From positions 1-64,000 of the IMG/VR virus record IMGVR_UViG_3300028591_000012: a stretch of DNA of 64,000 nt, one strand, 5' to 3'. A program made the translations under genes and the position numbers. This document shows positions 39,416-48,952 of this stretch, one piece after another (the stretch's first letter is position 1; each line of letters begins with the position of its first letter). This stretch comes from a virus (Duplodnaviria > Caudoviricetes). The notes under the pieces were generated by a model. That model saw only the letters and a list, made by a program, of their open reading frames with translations, did not search any database and was not told where the DNA came from.

Positions 39416-39667
39416 CTAATAATGATTATTTATTGAATCGCGCAGCTCTTTTCGGGCCTTTAATTTCTGATATTCTGTCTCAGCTTTGCTTGTTACTGAT
39501 TTCAAAGTCTTCAGAGAAGCAATCATATCATCACAGTAAGTCTGAATATCGTCTGTATCTACTTCAAATTCATCTACTGTATCTTTAAGTTTTTCAAATA
39601 CTTTCATTAAGCCTGAATCGTGAAAACAGTTGCCGATTGGTGTTGATTCTTCCTGTTGTATTATCAT
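39416..39667 (-). CDS. Hypothetical protein
   Basis: ORF. Confidence 0.5.
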   Translation of the reverse strand: MIIQQEESTPIGNCFHDSGLMKVFEKLKDTVDEFEVDTDDIQTYCDDMIASLKTLKSVTSKAETEYQKLKARKELRDSINNHY

Positions 39668-39966
39668 TATATTTCACCTCTATCTACTTTTTGCCAGAAC
39701 TCAACAGTTGCTTTGTATAATTCTTCGCTGATTTCTTTTGCACACATTATAGAATTAAGTCTTGTTTTTCCGAATCTTCTACCAGGAGAAATAAACCTTT
39801 TTTGCATATATATTATTTTTTTAAGTTTTTCAGAAGGATTTTGATAACCTTTACAACGATGAATAAATCTTAATCTATGTTCATATTCCATTTTATTAGC
39901 ACATTTTAGTGCTATTTCAAACTCTGCTTCATCATTAAAAGCAGAACAATCAACTTTCCCTATCAT
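39667..39966 (-). CDS. Hypothetical protein
   Basis: ORF with AGGAG RBS. Confidence 0.55.
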   Translation of the reverse strand: MIGKVDCSAFNDEAEFEIALKCANKMEYEHRLRFIHRCKGYQNPSEKLKKIIYMQKRFISPGRRFGKTRLNSIMCAKEISEELYKATVEFWQKVDRGEI

Positions 39967-40026
39967 TCATTACTCCTTTCTTAGAAAAGGAACAGTAACC
40001 ACAGTTGATTACCATTCCTTCTTCGA

Positions 40027-40566
40027 TTAGTCAGTACAAAGTACTTCATCAAGACTAGAAAAACGCAAGCAATCTGGTAGTCTCGACTCGCCTATGCTCG
40101 TCTCGACTAGACTGTACTTATCTTCTCTATTCTCATCTATACTATACTCATCTAATCTATACTGTGCGGACTTTTTCCGGCTTTTTTCCGCCGAAAAGTT
40201 GCAATCATTAACCAATTCATAAGTCTTTGTCCGTTCATCAAAATAAACCTGTGATAATTCTTGCTGAAAGACTGTATCTTTATGCTTACTTGGGCTTATT
40301 TGGTTTTGCTGCCGCCAATGCTTAATCAAAATAATTCCAGATTCAAACTTTAAAATAAAGCCTTTTGTAACCAGTTCTTTAATAGCTTCTTCACCTTCTA
40401 GCTTAGAAAAACCTAAGCTACCTGTAGTTTTGATAACTGTTGAAACAAAACCATCATCGTCTGCTTCAAGATTAAGATAGAAATACAAAATATTTGCGTT
40501 TCTATTCATTGATAAAAAATTATCACTCTCAACTAAACTCCGTGAGAACATTCGACGTTCTGCCAT
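40027..40566 (-). CDS. Phage replication initiator / replisome organiser (N-terminal domain)
   Basis: MAERRMFS....SD.FL.M......LYF.L...ADDDGFV...I.HW. Confidence 0.8.
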   Translation of the reverse strand: MAERRMFSRSLVESDNFLSMNRNANILYFYLNLEADDDGFVSTVIKTTGSLGFSKLEGEEAIKELVTKGFILKFESGIILIKHWRQQNQISPSKHKDTVFQQELSQVYFDERTKTYELVNDCNFSAEKSRKKSAQYRLDEYSIDENREDKYSLVETSIGESRLPDCLRFSSLDEVLCTD

Positions 40567-40579
40567 ATATTCCTCCTTA

Positions 40580-40882
40580 TGGCATAAAAAAAAGACCTTA
40601 GAGGAAAGTGCAACATAAAGCTACACCATCCTTTCTGTACGCTTGGTGACCAAACCAAGAATAATGTTATCACAAGGAATACTACGGCTATCCGAAAAGC
40701 CTGTAGGAATGATAACATTCTGTACAGAACGAAGGTTATTACACCTTCCTCTAAAGTCTTTTTACACGGATATTTATTTAGTATTCCTTAAACAAAAGTC
40801 TTTGGTAGCATTTATTGGTTTAGGATTGGTCTTATCCTTCTGCCACCAAAGACAGTTTACATTCTGGAAAAACATAGCTTAA
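40580..40882 (-). promoter_or_regulatory. Promoter TTAAGC-N17-TAAACT (40854-40882) plus structured terminator-containing leader
   Basis: Long stem ending in U8 just before the SD; upstream segments complementary to internal loops. Confidence 0.55.
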
Positions 40883-40888
40883 ACCTCT

Positions 40889-41638
40889 TTACTCAATATA
40901 ATAAATCATTCTTATCTTTCTTACTTTGTATCCGAATATCTCTCCTGTTTCATTTATTACTACCTGAACGTGAGTCTTGGTCCTGTCAAAATATTTAGCT
41001 ATATCTTCAGCTCTCGGAAAACATAATTCTTCATCACCTTTTGTTAATATGTATACATTTTTTCCAGAAGGCTTGAACTGAAGGTATTTCTTTTTTCTGT
41101 GGTTGCAGTCATATTTTTCCAAATACCAACGAACCGAGCTTGCATTGAGCTTAAAATGTGCAGCAATTTCTTTTTGCGTATGGTCTTTGGCATACTCTTT
41201 AAATTCCTCTACATCGAAATTGTCATAATTCTTATGTCTCGGAGTTTCAAAACCGTTTGACCTGAGAATAAGATATACTGAATTTATAGATATACCAAAA
41301 TATTCTGAAGTCTGCCTTGCGTTATGTGTGCAGAAATAATCAAACACTTCCTGCGGTTTTACGTTTTTTATAATTGCAATTCCTCTGTCTCTGGCTGCGG
41401 CTTTCTTTGTAATACCATACTTTTCCATTATTTGTTCAACCGTGTGTTTACGACAGTAATCAAAATATTTTTCATCACGTCTGAACCCTCTCGACTTAAA
41501 ACACAGATTGTTAATATAATTCGGTGTAGTTTCATAGTACGCTGCAGTTTCTTTCAGAGTATGTGAGGCCCTGTATTCTAACAATTCACTGATATTATAA
41601 TCTTTCATCATCAACTCCTTTAAGTTCACCTCTTTCAT
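40889..41638 (-). CDS. Multi-HTH repeat protein
   Basis: Repeated Y..HT.KE.A..F.I....V motifs. Confidence 0.6.
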   Translation of the reverse strand: MKEVNLKELMMKDYNISELLEYRASHTLKETAAYYETTPNYINNLCFKSRGFRRDEKYFDYCRKHTVEQIMEKYGITKKAAARDRGIAIIKNVKPQEVFDYFCTHNARQTSEYFGISINSVYLILRSNGFETPRHKNYDNFDVEEFKEYAKDHTQKEIAAHFKLNASSVRWYLEKYDCNHRKKKYLQFKPSGKNVYILTKGDEELCFPRAEDIAKYFDRTKTHVQVVINETGEIFGYKVRKIRMIYYIE

Positions 41639-41891
41639 TTAACTCTTTCTTCATATCTTCCAGCTCATCTTCCCACATACATTTAATTCTTGCTTGCGGA
41701 CCTTCTGTAAGAAACTTTTTAAGATAATCTAGTTCGCTCTTTGCATAAGGATGCAGTTCGGGGTGAGTTCTGATTGATAATGTATTACGAAATATTCTCT
41801 GAGCATTACGCATTATTGCCGGAACTGACAGCTGAGTTTTATACCTGTCTAAGAGTTCCTGTAATTCTTCGCAGAATTGTTCTTCAGTCAT
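41595..41891 (-). CDS. Hypothetical protein
   Basis: ORF. Confidence 0.5.
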   Translation of the reverse strand: MTEEQFCEELQELLDRYKTQLSVPAIMRNAQRIFRNTLSIRTHPELHPYAKSELDYLKKFLTEGPQARIKCMWEDELEDMKKELNERGELKGVDDERL

Positions 41892-42300
41892 TTTTCACCT
41901 TTTCAAACCATTTGCAACCATAATCTGATGTAGTCCAATCTATCCAATCATAACCGTAATTTTCGGGTCCAAATATAATACAAAAAGATTTAGTTTCAAC
42001 TGAAAATTGTAAAACTCCAATCATAGTTCTTGAGTATTTATCTTTCCAGTTTTCTTCATAAGTTTTATCTTCAAACTCAAATCGTACTTTATCCCCATCA
42101 CAACAAGGTGCTCCGTTTATATCCTGGATATAACCGCCTCTGCAAAGATGTGATTCAATTTCTGGAAGTGAGTTAAGAAAAGTAATTGCCTTATCACAAT
42201 CTTGCTGCCAACAAGGTTTGGATATATTTGTCACAATAGTACCAGCTAAACTAATCTGTTTTTTAATCCAATCTACAAGTTCTTTAGTTTCTTGTTTCAT
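41884..42300 (-). CDS. Hypothetical protein (YopX-like C-terminus possible)
   Basis: QDING..CCDGDKV resembles the YopX DxNGxxIxEGD motif. Confidence 0.45.
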   Translation of the reverse strand: MKQETKELVDWIKKQISLAGTIVTNISKPCWQQDCDKAITFLNSLPEIESHLCRGGYIQDINGAPCCDGDKVRFEFEDKTYEENWKDKYSRTMIGVLQFSVETKSFCIIFGPENYGYDWIDWTTSDYGCKWFEKVKND

Positions 42301-42309
42301 AACGACTCC

Positions 42310-42582
42310 TTAAAAACCAAGAATATGTCTTGTTCTGTCACTACTAAGTAAAACCGTGTAAGCCTCCTTTGTAGGTTCATACCATTTATTTTCATCAGCA
42401 TCTGTAAACGGCATTTTTTCAAAAGGTCTTATTGCTATCTGATTAGAAACAGGTATATCAGATTCACTAACAAGATATTCAAAATCAGTGTGAACTTTCT
42501 GCTCCTCTTTATAGCACCATTCACATAAGCCCTTTGCACATAATTGAGATAACTGTCTGTTAGTCATTAGTTCTTCGTTCAT
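42310..42582 (-). CDS. Hypothetical protein
   Basis: ORF. Confidence 0.55.
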   Translation of the reverse strand: MNEELMTNRQLSQLCAKGLCEWCYKEEQKVHTDFEYLVSESDIPVSNQIAIRPFEKMPFTDADENKWYEPTKEAYTVLLSSDRTRHILGF

Positions 42583-42716
42583 AAATCTTCACCCTCTTTC
42601 ATAACAAGTTCTATAGATTCTTCTATATCAACAAAAGTCTGCTGCCAATTTTTTAACTCTTCTTCAGAGAGAGGTTTACCGCTGAACTTTGATTTTTCTT
42701 CTGCCATAACAATTTC

Positions 42717-42914
42717 CTAAATTACAGTAGAGCCTCTGGCTCCACACCACCCCTCACCCTTGCCTTGTGCAATACCGACCCACTCAATGATTCTGCGGAC
42801 TTTAGATTTACATTCAGGACAGGTCTGTTTATCTTTTAATAAGTCATACTTATCCATAGGAATATCTATCTGAAAGTCTTTTTCACAGTTATCACAAAAG
42901 TATCTGTAGTTCAT
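42717..42914 (-). CDS. FmdB-like zinc-ribbon protein
   Basis: Y.Y.CDNC...F.....CPEC. Confidence 0.65.
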   Translation of the reverse strand: MNYRYFCDNCEKDFQIDIPMDKYDLLKDKQTCPECKSKVRRIIEWVGIAQGKGEGWCGARGSTVI

Positions 42915-42924
42915 TTTTTAATCC

Positions 42925-43290
42925 TTATTTTTTATTTTTACTTATTTCTGATTGTGAAATTTGTAATTGTTGTAATTGAATATAATCCTTCAACTCTTTC
43001 TCAATCCTATCATCGTTATACATCAAGAAAAGGCAGTTACAAATTGCGTGAGCAAGATGAGGCAAACCGTCACCATCTTTTCCGTTATCATCTTTTTCGC
43101 CTTTTATATAAGCTGTAACGTGTCGCATTAAAGCGTCTTTGTAACGGTCAAAATTATCACACTTCTTCCAGTTGTCACGTGAGTATTTGGCAGCTCCGTT
43201 TTCCAAAACTCTTACAACATCTTCAAGCTGTTTAAACGGCATTAAAGACCACTGTAATTTTCCTTTATCATTCTTAGTAAAATCACCCAT
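42925..43290 (-). CDS. dATP/dGTP diphosphohydrolase domain protein (DUF5664-like)
   Basis: K.D.GK..WSL.P...L..V..VL..GA.KY...NW...ALMRH...D..GLPHLAHA.CN..FL. Confidence 0.8.
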   Translation of the reverse strand: MGDFTKNDKGKLQWSLMPFKQLEDVVRVLENGAAKYSRDNWKKCDNFDRYKDALMRHVTAYIKGEKDDNGKDGDGLPHLAHAICNCLFLMYNDDRIEKELKDYIQLQQLQISQSEISKNKK

Positions 43291-43555
43291 TCCTATTTCT
43301 CCTTGTTTCTGCGTGATGTTTAGAGTCATATCTCAAATGACACGGTGCACAAAATGCCTGCAAGTTTTCATCTGCAACGTTCATTGGGTTATGGTCTTTA
43401 TGAGAAACTGTAAGAGTTCTTTTATGAGTGTCAAAAGGTTCTCCCGGTCTACGACACTGTTTACCACACTTCTCACATTTCCAGCCAACACTCTCTTTTT
43501 TAGCAAATGCGATTTGTTTCCAGTTAGGAGGATAATCTTTCCAATTTACAGGCAT
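43283..43555 (-). CDS. HNH endonuclease
   Basis: YP.NW..CEKCG..LTVSH.DH.P.N....NL...C..CH. Confidence 0.8.
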   Translation of the reverse strand: MPVNWKDYPPNWKQIAFAKKESVGWKCEKCGKQCRRPGEPFDTHKRTLTVSHKDHNPMNVADENLQAFCAPCHLRYDSKHHAETRRNRNG

Positions 43556-43564
43556 ACAATCTCC

Positions 43565-44188
43565 TTAGTACAGTTTATAACTTCCTTGCCATAAAGCTTT
43601 ATCAGTTCTGTAATCATTTATGATGTTGTCAGAAAGTTTTTTTACGTCTTTTTGACAACTTATAATTTCAGGACATTTTCCGCCTGACCACCAACAGTTA
43701 GGATGACAGCAATAACCAACGGCTTGTAAAAAAGGTTCCTTATCTCTTATAAGATATGCCACTAATTCTTCCATATATTCTCTTGTTCTTTGTTCTGTAC
43801 GTTTACAAAGTCTTTGTCGTGCCATCATAATAAAACTTTCTGCGGTGTGGTCTTGCATAAAAAGCTTATCTTCGTATGGATCTGAAGAACGTTCTTTACC
43901 ATTATTCCAATCTGGACGGCTGCTCTGTACTTCCGGCTGGGGATGCCCCTTAGTTGCACGGATAATTTGCATAATTATTGATTTTGGTCTTGTATCAACT
44001 AAACGAAAGTGTATACTTCTGAGAGTTGAGTGATTTGCAACAATCTGTTTAATCCAGAACTCAACTTCATCTTTGGGCTTGAAGATTTTATTTAGGTCTA
44101 AATCAAGCCACAAATCAATTCCTTCAGTAATTTTACAAGCTTCCCTATAGTCATAGAGAGGATTTCTGTTTAACAATCGAAACCTCAT
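43565..44188 (-). CDS. Divergent Thy1/ThyX-like protein
   Basis: HSTLR, QSSRPD, ARQRLC...TR and P.C...GG.CPE...C phage Thy1 pattern. Confidence 0.55.
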   Translation of the reverse strand: MRFRLLNRNPLYDYREACKITEGIDLWLDLDLNKIFKPKDEVEFWIKQIVANHSTLRSIHFRLVDTRPKSIIMQIIRATKGHPQPEVQSSRPDWNNGKERSSDPYEDKLFMQDHTAESFIMMARQRLCKRTEQRTREYMEELVAYLIRDKEPFLQAVGYCCHPNCWWSGGKCPEIISCQKDVKKLSDNIINDYRTDKALWQGSYKLY

Positions 44189-44851
44189 TTATTTATCCTC
44201 CCTGCTGCTTAATCTCTTTTCATATTCTTCTTTTGTTATTTCAACCATATATTCTGTTTCTGTATCTGCAAAATATCTGTTGATTCCAACCCTCTCGCCT
44301 TTAGGAGTAATGACATAATAAACAGCCCTGGTATTAAAGTCTTCATTATCTCTTGGGAACCCTTTTGCAGTAAACTCTTCCGTATAGAGTTTGTATTTTC
44401 CTGCTGGTGGATAATAAGGCATTGTTATAGGGAACATTTCATCAATGATATTTCCAACAGAGCCGGTGTATCCGTGACCGTCTTTATCATAAGCCACAGT
44501 TCTTTCAACGTCGTGATATTTAATGGTTCCGTCTTTATAAACTTTTTTGAAAAGCTGACCCATTCTGCTGCATTGATATTCTTTATAATCAGCCTGTATA
44601 TCAATGTCACTCCAGACATCTTCCGTATCTTCAATCGGAGTAAGTGGAAGACCTTCGATAAGGCGATTAAGGATATTCCTTGTTATTGCAAAAGAACTGC
44701 CGCTGTGACCATCTTCACACAAAGATTTGTAAGCTTTTAATGCAGACTGAAAACAGCTGCAACCATAGTCAAATGATTCACCATCCCAATCTGGGTTTTC
44801 TTTTTTACAGGCTAATTTTACTTCATTTTCAGCCCACAAACTCATACTCAT
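44189..44851 (-). CDS. Conserved phage hypothetical protein
   Basis: EDGHSGSS..PLTPI..W..YQC.R...FK..FPITMPY. Confidence 0.65.
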   Translation of the reverse strand: MSMSLWAENEVKLACKKENPDWDGESFDYGCSCFQSALKAYKSLCEDGHSGSSFAITRNILNRLIEGLPLTPIEDTEDVWSDIDIQADYKEYQCSRMGQLFKKVYKDGTIKYHDVERTVAYDKDGHGYTGSVGNIIDEMFPITMPYYPPAGKYKLYTEEFTAKGFPRDNEDFNTRAVYYVITPKGERVGINRYFADTETEYMVEITKEEYEKRLSSREDK

Positions 44852-45213
44852 TTTATTTCTCCTTTATTAACAATTACTTTCTGTCCGTCTTCAATCTCAA
44901 AGTATTCAAACTCAATATCATTGTAGAAAGACAATATAGTACCTTGAAAAGCTTTTATATCTGCTATTACTTCATTATTTTTTTTACGTTCTTCATTTGA
45001 AAAATATTCAGGATAAGCTTTACATTCATTGTATACATAAATACAATGTTTCCGATTTACTATAAGAGCGACAAAAACTATTATTAAAATTGATAAAGTA
45101 ATAATGCAAGCACCAATTCCTGTTTCACAATCAATGCTTGTTCTGTTATGAACTACAACACAAGCTGCCAAAACTAAAATCAAACAAGCTATTAAAATAA
45201 TAAAAAAAATCAT
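44848..45213 (-). CDS. Membrane protein (2 TM)
   Basis: Two hydrophobic segments. Confidence 0.55.
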   Translation of the reverse strand: MIFFIILIACLILVLAACVVVHNRTSIDCETGIGACIITLSILIIVFVALIVNRKHCIYVYNECKAYPEYFSNEERKKNNEVIADIKAFQGTILSFYNDIEFEYFEIEDGQKVIVNKGEIK

Positions 45214-45221
45214 ATTTCCCC

Positions 45222-45734
45222 CTATTCCAATAAACTTTCAATATCTACATATATTGCAAAATGAAGATGAGGTCCTGTGGATATGCCGCTTCCCCTTCTG
45301 CCTTTTACTCCGCCTGACCAGCCGATAAGCTGACCTCTTTTTACAAACGTTCCTTCAGTTACTAAGGTCATTGAAAGGTGTCCATATAAGGAAGTGGAAC
45401 CGTCTGAGTGCCTTATTTCGAGCAAGCCCCCTAGTGAATCGTGACCTCTAAACAAAGCACCGCCGTTATAGTAAGATGGATATGCGTTGATCACATAACC
45501 GTCATCACAGGCATATACTTCCGTTTTATCAGGACAGGCGTAATCAACTGCGTAGTGATAAGTTGCAGTTCCGTTTATTCCTGGAATAGAATCGCGCAAT
45601 CCCTGTTCAGAAGATTTGTACCCTCTGTATTTGGCCGGTAACGGAAACTGTTTTTTATTCAGTAGTACATAATCGTATGAATAGACTGGACATAACATTA
45701 GAACTGTCAACAATCCGATAATCAACTTCTTCAT
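45222..45734 (-). CDS. Secreted M23 family peptidase
   Basis: Signal peptide; HYAVD, YGHL and STGPHLHF. Confidence 0.9.
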   Translation of the reverse strand: MKKLIIGLLTVLMLCPVYSYDYVLLNKKQFPLPAKYRGYKSSEQGLRDSIPGINGTATYHYAVDYACPDKTEVYACDDGYVINAYPSYYNGGALFRGHDSLGGLLEIRHSDGSTSLYGHLSMTLVTEGTFVKRGQLIGWSGGVKGRRGSGISTGPHLHFAIYVDIESLLE

Positions 45735-46457
45735 TTATTCCTCCAATCTATTTTTTCCAATTTCAAAAAAATGTAAATCTTTTTCAATACCAATAAAATT
45801 TCGATTTGTATTTTTACAAGCAATTCCTGTAGAACAACTACCAAAGCAGTTATCCAGAACTGTTTCTCCTTCATTTGTGTATGACTTAATTAAAAACTCA
45901 AGCAAAGCAACAGGCTTCTGAGTTGGATGTAATGCCGATTTCTGAATGTCTTTTGGAAACCGAAGAATAGATTTTGGATAACGTTCTGTACTATCGTATG
46001 AAGTTAAGCCTGTTTCACCATAATCTGTTGTCTTTTTACAATTTTGCTTTGATAACGAACTAGAAACTTTTCTTGTATGACCGTATGTTTTTTGTGGATT
46101 ATAAACAGGGGGTTTTTTATAAAAAACACAAATATCCTCGTGACTTCTTAAAGGCATTTTTTTTGCATTTAGAAAACCTGTAGGTTGAGTTTTTTCCCAT
46201 ATTAGATTATATCTCCATAATTTTTTATTGCTCTGCATAAGTTCCGCTGTAAAGAATCCGTTTGCAAATAGAACTATTGCACCATTATCTTTTACAATTC
46301 TTTCATATTCACTCCATAATGGCTCAAAAGGAATCTTTACATCCCATTTATTTCTTGCAGTCTGTTCATAAGGTAAATCACAAAGAATCATATCTATAGA
46401 TTTAGAGGGAATATTTTTCATTTCAACAAGACAGTCACCGTGAATAATGCTTATCAT
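45735..46457 (-). CDS. DNA N4/N6-methyltransferase (beta class)
   Basis: DLPY, HPTQKP and LDNCFGSCST. Confidence 0.9.
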   Translation of the reverse strand: MISIIHGDCLVEMKNIPSKSIDMILCDLPYEQTARNKWDVKIPFEPLWSEYERIVKDNGAIVLFANGFFTAELMQSNKKLWRYNLIWEKTQPTGFLNAKKMPLRSHEDICVFYKKPPVYNPQKTYGHTRKVSSSLSKQNCKKTTDYGETGLTSYDSTERYPKSILRFPKDIQKSALHPTQKPVALLEFLIKSYTNEGETVLDNCFGSCSTGIACKNTNRNFIGIEKDLHFFEIGKNRLEE

Positions 46458-46627
46458 TTTTTACAATATTTCTCCAATATCTTAATAGCGTTCTCCCTGC
46501 CATATTTACTCTGTATGTATTTACAGGCTGTAATGTCATCAACATCACTCTCGGCTGTCATTATAAGAAAACGCTCTTCAACTTCTTCAAAATCAACTTT
46601 TTTCTTACCAGTAAATTGATATTTCAT
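46454..46627 (-). CDS. Hypothetical protein
   Basis: ORF coupled to the methyltransferase. Confidence 0.45.
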   Translation of the reverse strand: MKYQFTGKKKVDFEEVEERFLIMTAESDVDDITACKYIQSKYGRENAIKILEKYCKK

Positions 46628-46880
46628 CGCTGTCGTATTTGTAGGTAAATCCGCTGTCTTCAAGTTCTTTCAGAATCAGGTTTCTGAGAGACGTAAACTT
46701 TTCTTCGCTTATATCAAGCCCAGCTGTTTCTAGTACGGTACCAATTTTTACAACAGTTTTCGTATAACCGTACAAGGCACATTTTGTAATGTTGTCACAG
46801 ATGTACTCCATCACGGGTTTGAATTGCGGCGTACTTTTCTGCGCAATAAACCTGTAGAACATTGATTTTTTAAGCTTCAT
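46605..46880 (-). CDS. Hypothetical protein
   Basis: ORF. Confidence 0.5.
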   Translation of the reverse strand: MKLKKSMFYRFIAQKSTPQFKPVMEYICDNITKCALYGYTKTVVKIGTVLETAGLDISEEKFTSLRNLILKELEDSGFTYKYDSDEISIYW

Positions 46881-47094
46881 TATTTCCCCCAAATCTATCA
46901 AATAATTTTTTATATAGTTTATAGATGAGCATTGCTCCAAGTGAGACAGGACCAAATAAGTTTACAAATATATAAAAACAGAAATCTTTAGCTTCCAGTT
47001 TTCCGTTTTCTTCCTTTTCGTCTTTAAGGTAAAGGTAAAGAGATATGCCTGAGCAGATTAAATAAAACAGAATGGCAACAATCAGCTTCAGCAT
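46870..47094 (-). CDS. Small membrane protein
   Basis: Two hydrophobic segments. Confidence 0.5.
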   Translation of the reverse strand: MLKLIVAILFYLICSGISLYLYLKDEKEENGKLEAKDFCFYIFVNLFGPVSLGAMLIYKLYKKLFDRFGGNNEA

Positions 47095-47369
47095 ACTTCA
47101 CTTCCAACAGTAAGAAGTTCAATACACTTCTCTAAATCTTTAATAAGCTCTTTATTGCTTTTACTGGATTCTTTTATCAGGGTGTATGCAGCATCTTTTA
47201 TACTTTGATATAAAATAGTACCTGCCAAATCTTTATGCTTTTCAAGCGTTTTGTTTAATCTTTCATAACTTTCTTCAGTATTGTTCTGATTAGTACGAAG
47301 TACAGTCAAATCAGTTCTGATAAACTTTAATATAAAATCAGCATCCTGCTGTGTTAAAATAATATTCAT
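47088..47369 (-). CDS. Hypothetical protein
   Basis: GGAG RBS. Confidence 0.55.
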   Translation of the reverse strand: MNIILTQQDADFILKFIRTDLTVLRTNQNNTEESYERLNKTLEKHKDLAGTILYQSIKDAAYTLIKESSKSNKELIKDLEKCIELLTVGSEVC

Positions 47370-47644
47370 TTTATTTCTCCAAAAACCTGCAGATTATCTT
47401 TTCCCAATGTAAACTACACGAGAAAAGACAAGCCCTGCATTGCGGCTTCAAAGCCATTACTTCTCCGTATCGAGGAGGAGGATACGGATATTCGGCATAG
47501 TAGGAGTCGAACCTACCTATACCAATATAAGTAACAGAATGATTGCAAGAATGAATCCAGAAATAAGTCCAAGTAAGAACATTTTTATGAGCTTTCCTTT
47601 ATTATTTCTGTATACAACTCTGTAATCTTCCATTAGAATGTAAC

Positions 47645-47700
47645 CGATTACTCTCGGTGAACGAGCTTCTGCCGGAACGAACTGGCAGTAACGGTAATCG
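47645..47700 (-). ncRNA. Candidate three-way-junction sRNA complementary to the integrase leader
   Basis: Stems CGATTAC/GTAATCG, CTGCC/GGCAG and CTCG/CGAG; 13 nt exact complement to 48976-48988. Confidence 0.4.
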
Positions 47701-47737
47701 CTTGCCTCCCTGAATTAAATTTCAAGTTCTGATATTA

Positions 47738-47811
47738 GTTCATAATAGTAAACAGACTGTTTATAATAATGAACTTACATAAAATATAGTTTATAATAAT
47801 AAACTTGTCAA
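47738..47811 (-). promoter_or_regulatory. Leftward promoter TTGACA-N17-TATATT with three GTTYA-N6-TRAAC operators
   Basis: Operators at 47738-47753, 47759-47774 and 47789-47804. Confidence 0.75.
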
Positions 47812-47824
47812 CTATTATTATAAA

Positions 47825-48952
47825 CTAAAGAAAAAGTGACAGTAACTTATCCTGTAATTCAGCAACATCATCAAAATGTTCTGGAAGAAAGTTGGCATAA
47901 CGCTCGGTCATACTGTTTTTTCCTGAAGAGTGACCAAGTACACACTTCACCTTTATTTCACTTATTCCGTTTGCAAGCAGATATGTGTTTACGAAGTGTC
48001 TCAAAGAATGAAAGGAAAGCCCCATTTTTATACGGTCTTCACGTTTACTCAATCCGCAGTATTTATAGAATGTTTTTCTGTAAGTGTCCTGAGCTTCTGT
48101 AAAAGCCATATTACCGTTTCTTCTAATGCAGGTATCAAGCAGAACATAAATGCGCGGACAAATACGCACCTTTCTTTTTTCACCGTCCTTGACCGGCTGC
48201 AGAATATTATCATTCATCTGGTCTTTTACATCAACATAAGTTCTGAATAGAGTTTCCCTTCGTATCGCACAAATCTCACTTATTCTCATTCCAGTAACCG
48301 CGGCTACAAGAGAAAATATCTTTCTTTCTTTGTTGTCCCACTTTTTATTAAACGCAGCTTTAAGCTGTTCAACTGTAAATGAAGATTTTGTCTTTGCATT
48401 TACATACATCATAGGAACGGAAACAAATGGATCTGATGTAAGAAGTTTATCAGCCTTTGCGTAAGAGAGGATAATTTTAAGACAGGTACACGACAGATTT
48501 ATTACAGAGTTGGATAACTCCTTTTCAATTAAGCTGGCCCTGAACTTCTTTATATGAGAAGGCTTAATCTCCATAAGCTTTATGTTTTTGAAAAAAGGAA
48601 TTAAAAATGTATCAAGAGTGTGTCTGTAAGCTTTCAGGGTATTCTTAGCAACAGGCTGTTCCTTTCCCTGACCGGCCTGTATTTTATCTGACATCCATTG
48701 TGAGTTATCGTCAAAAAATCCTTTTGCATAAGCTCCGAATGTCATACCCAAAGAAGAGTATAAAAGCCCCTGCGAAAGCAGTTCTGTGCAGTAACATCTT
48801 GCCTGGGTTTTATTGGTTTTACCTGTAGAATGAGCTGTAGTTCTTTCTCCGTCTGGAGAGTAAGTGCGGTAATAATAAACAATCCTTCCGCTTGGAAGGG
48901 TGCGTGGAAATACTGTAAAAGGTTCTCTGTATCTTGGCATCGTAGTGGTCAC
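47825..48952 (-). CDS. int: Tyrosine integrase
   Basis: TGMRISE, FHSLRH, LGHS and terminal Y; N-terminal arm-binding domain (start may be ATG 48940). Confidence 0.95.
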   Translation of the reverse strand: MTTTMPRYREPFTVFPRTLPSGRIVYYYRTYSPDGERTTAHSTGKTNKTQARCYCTELLSQGLLYSSLGMTFGAYAKGFFDDNSQWMSDKIQAGQGKEQPVAKNTLKAYRHTLDTFLIPFFKNIKLMEIKPSHIKKFRASLIEKELSNSVINLSCTCLKIILSYAKADKLLTSDPFVSVPMMYVNAKTKSSFTVEQLKAAFNKKWDNKERKIFSLVAAVTGMRISEICAIRRETLFRTYVDVKDQMNDNILQPVKDGEKRKVRICPRIYVLLDTCIRRNGNMAFTEAQDTYRKTFYKYCGLSKREDRIKMGLSFHSLRHFVNTYLLANGISEIKVKCVLGHSSGKNSMTERYANFLPEHFDDVAELQDKLLSLFL

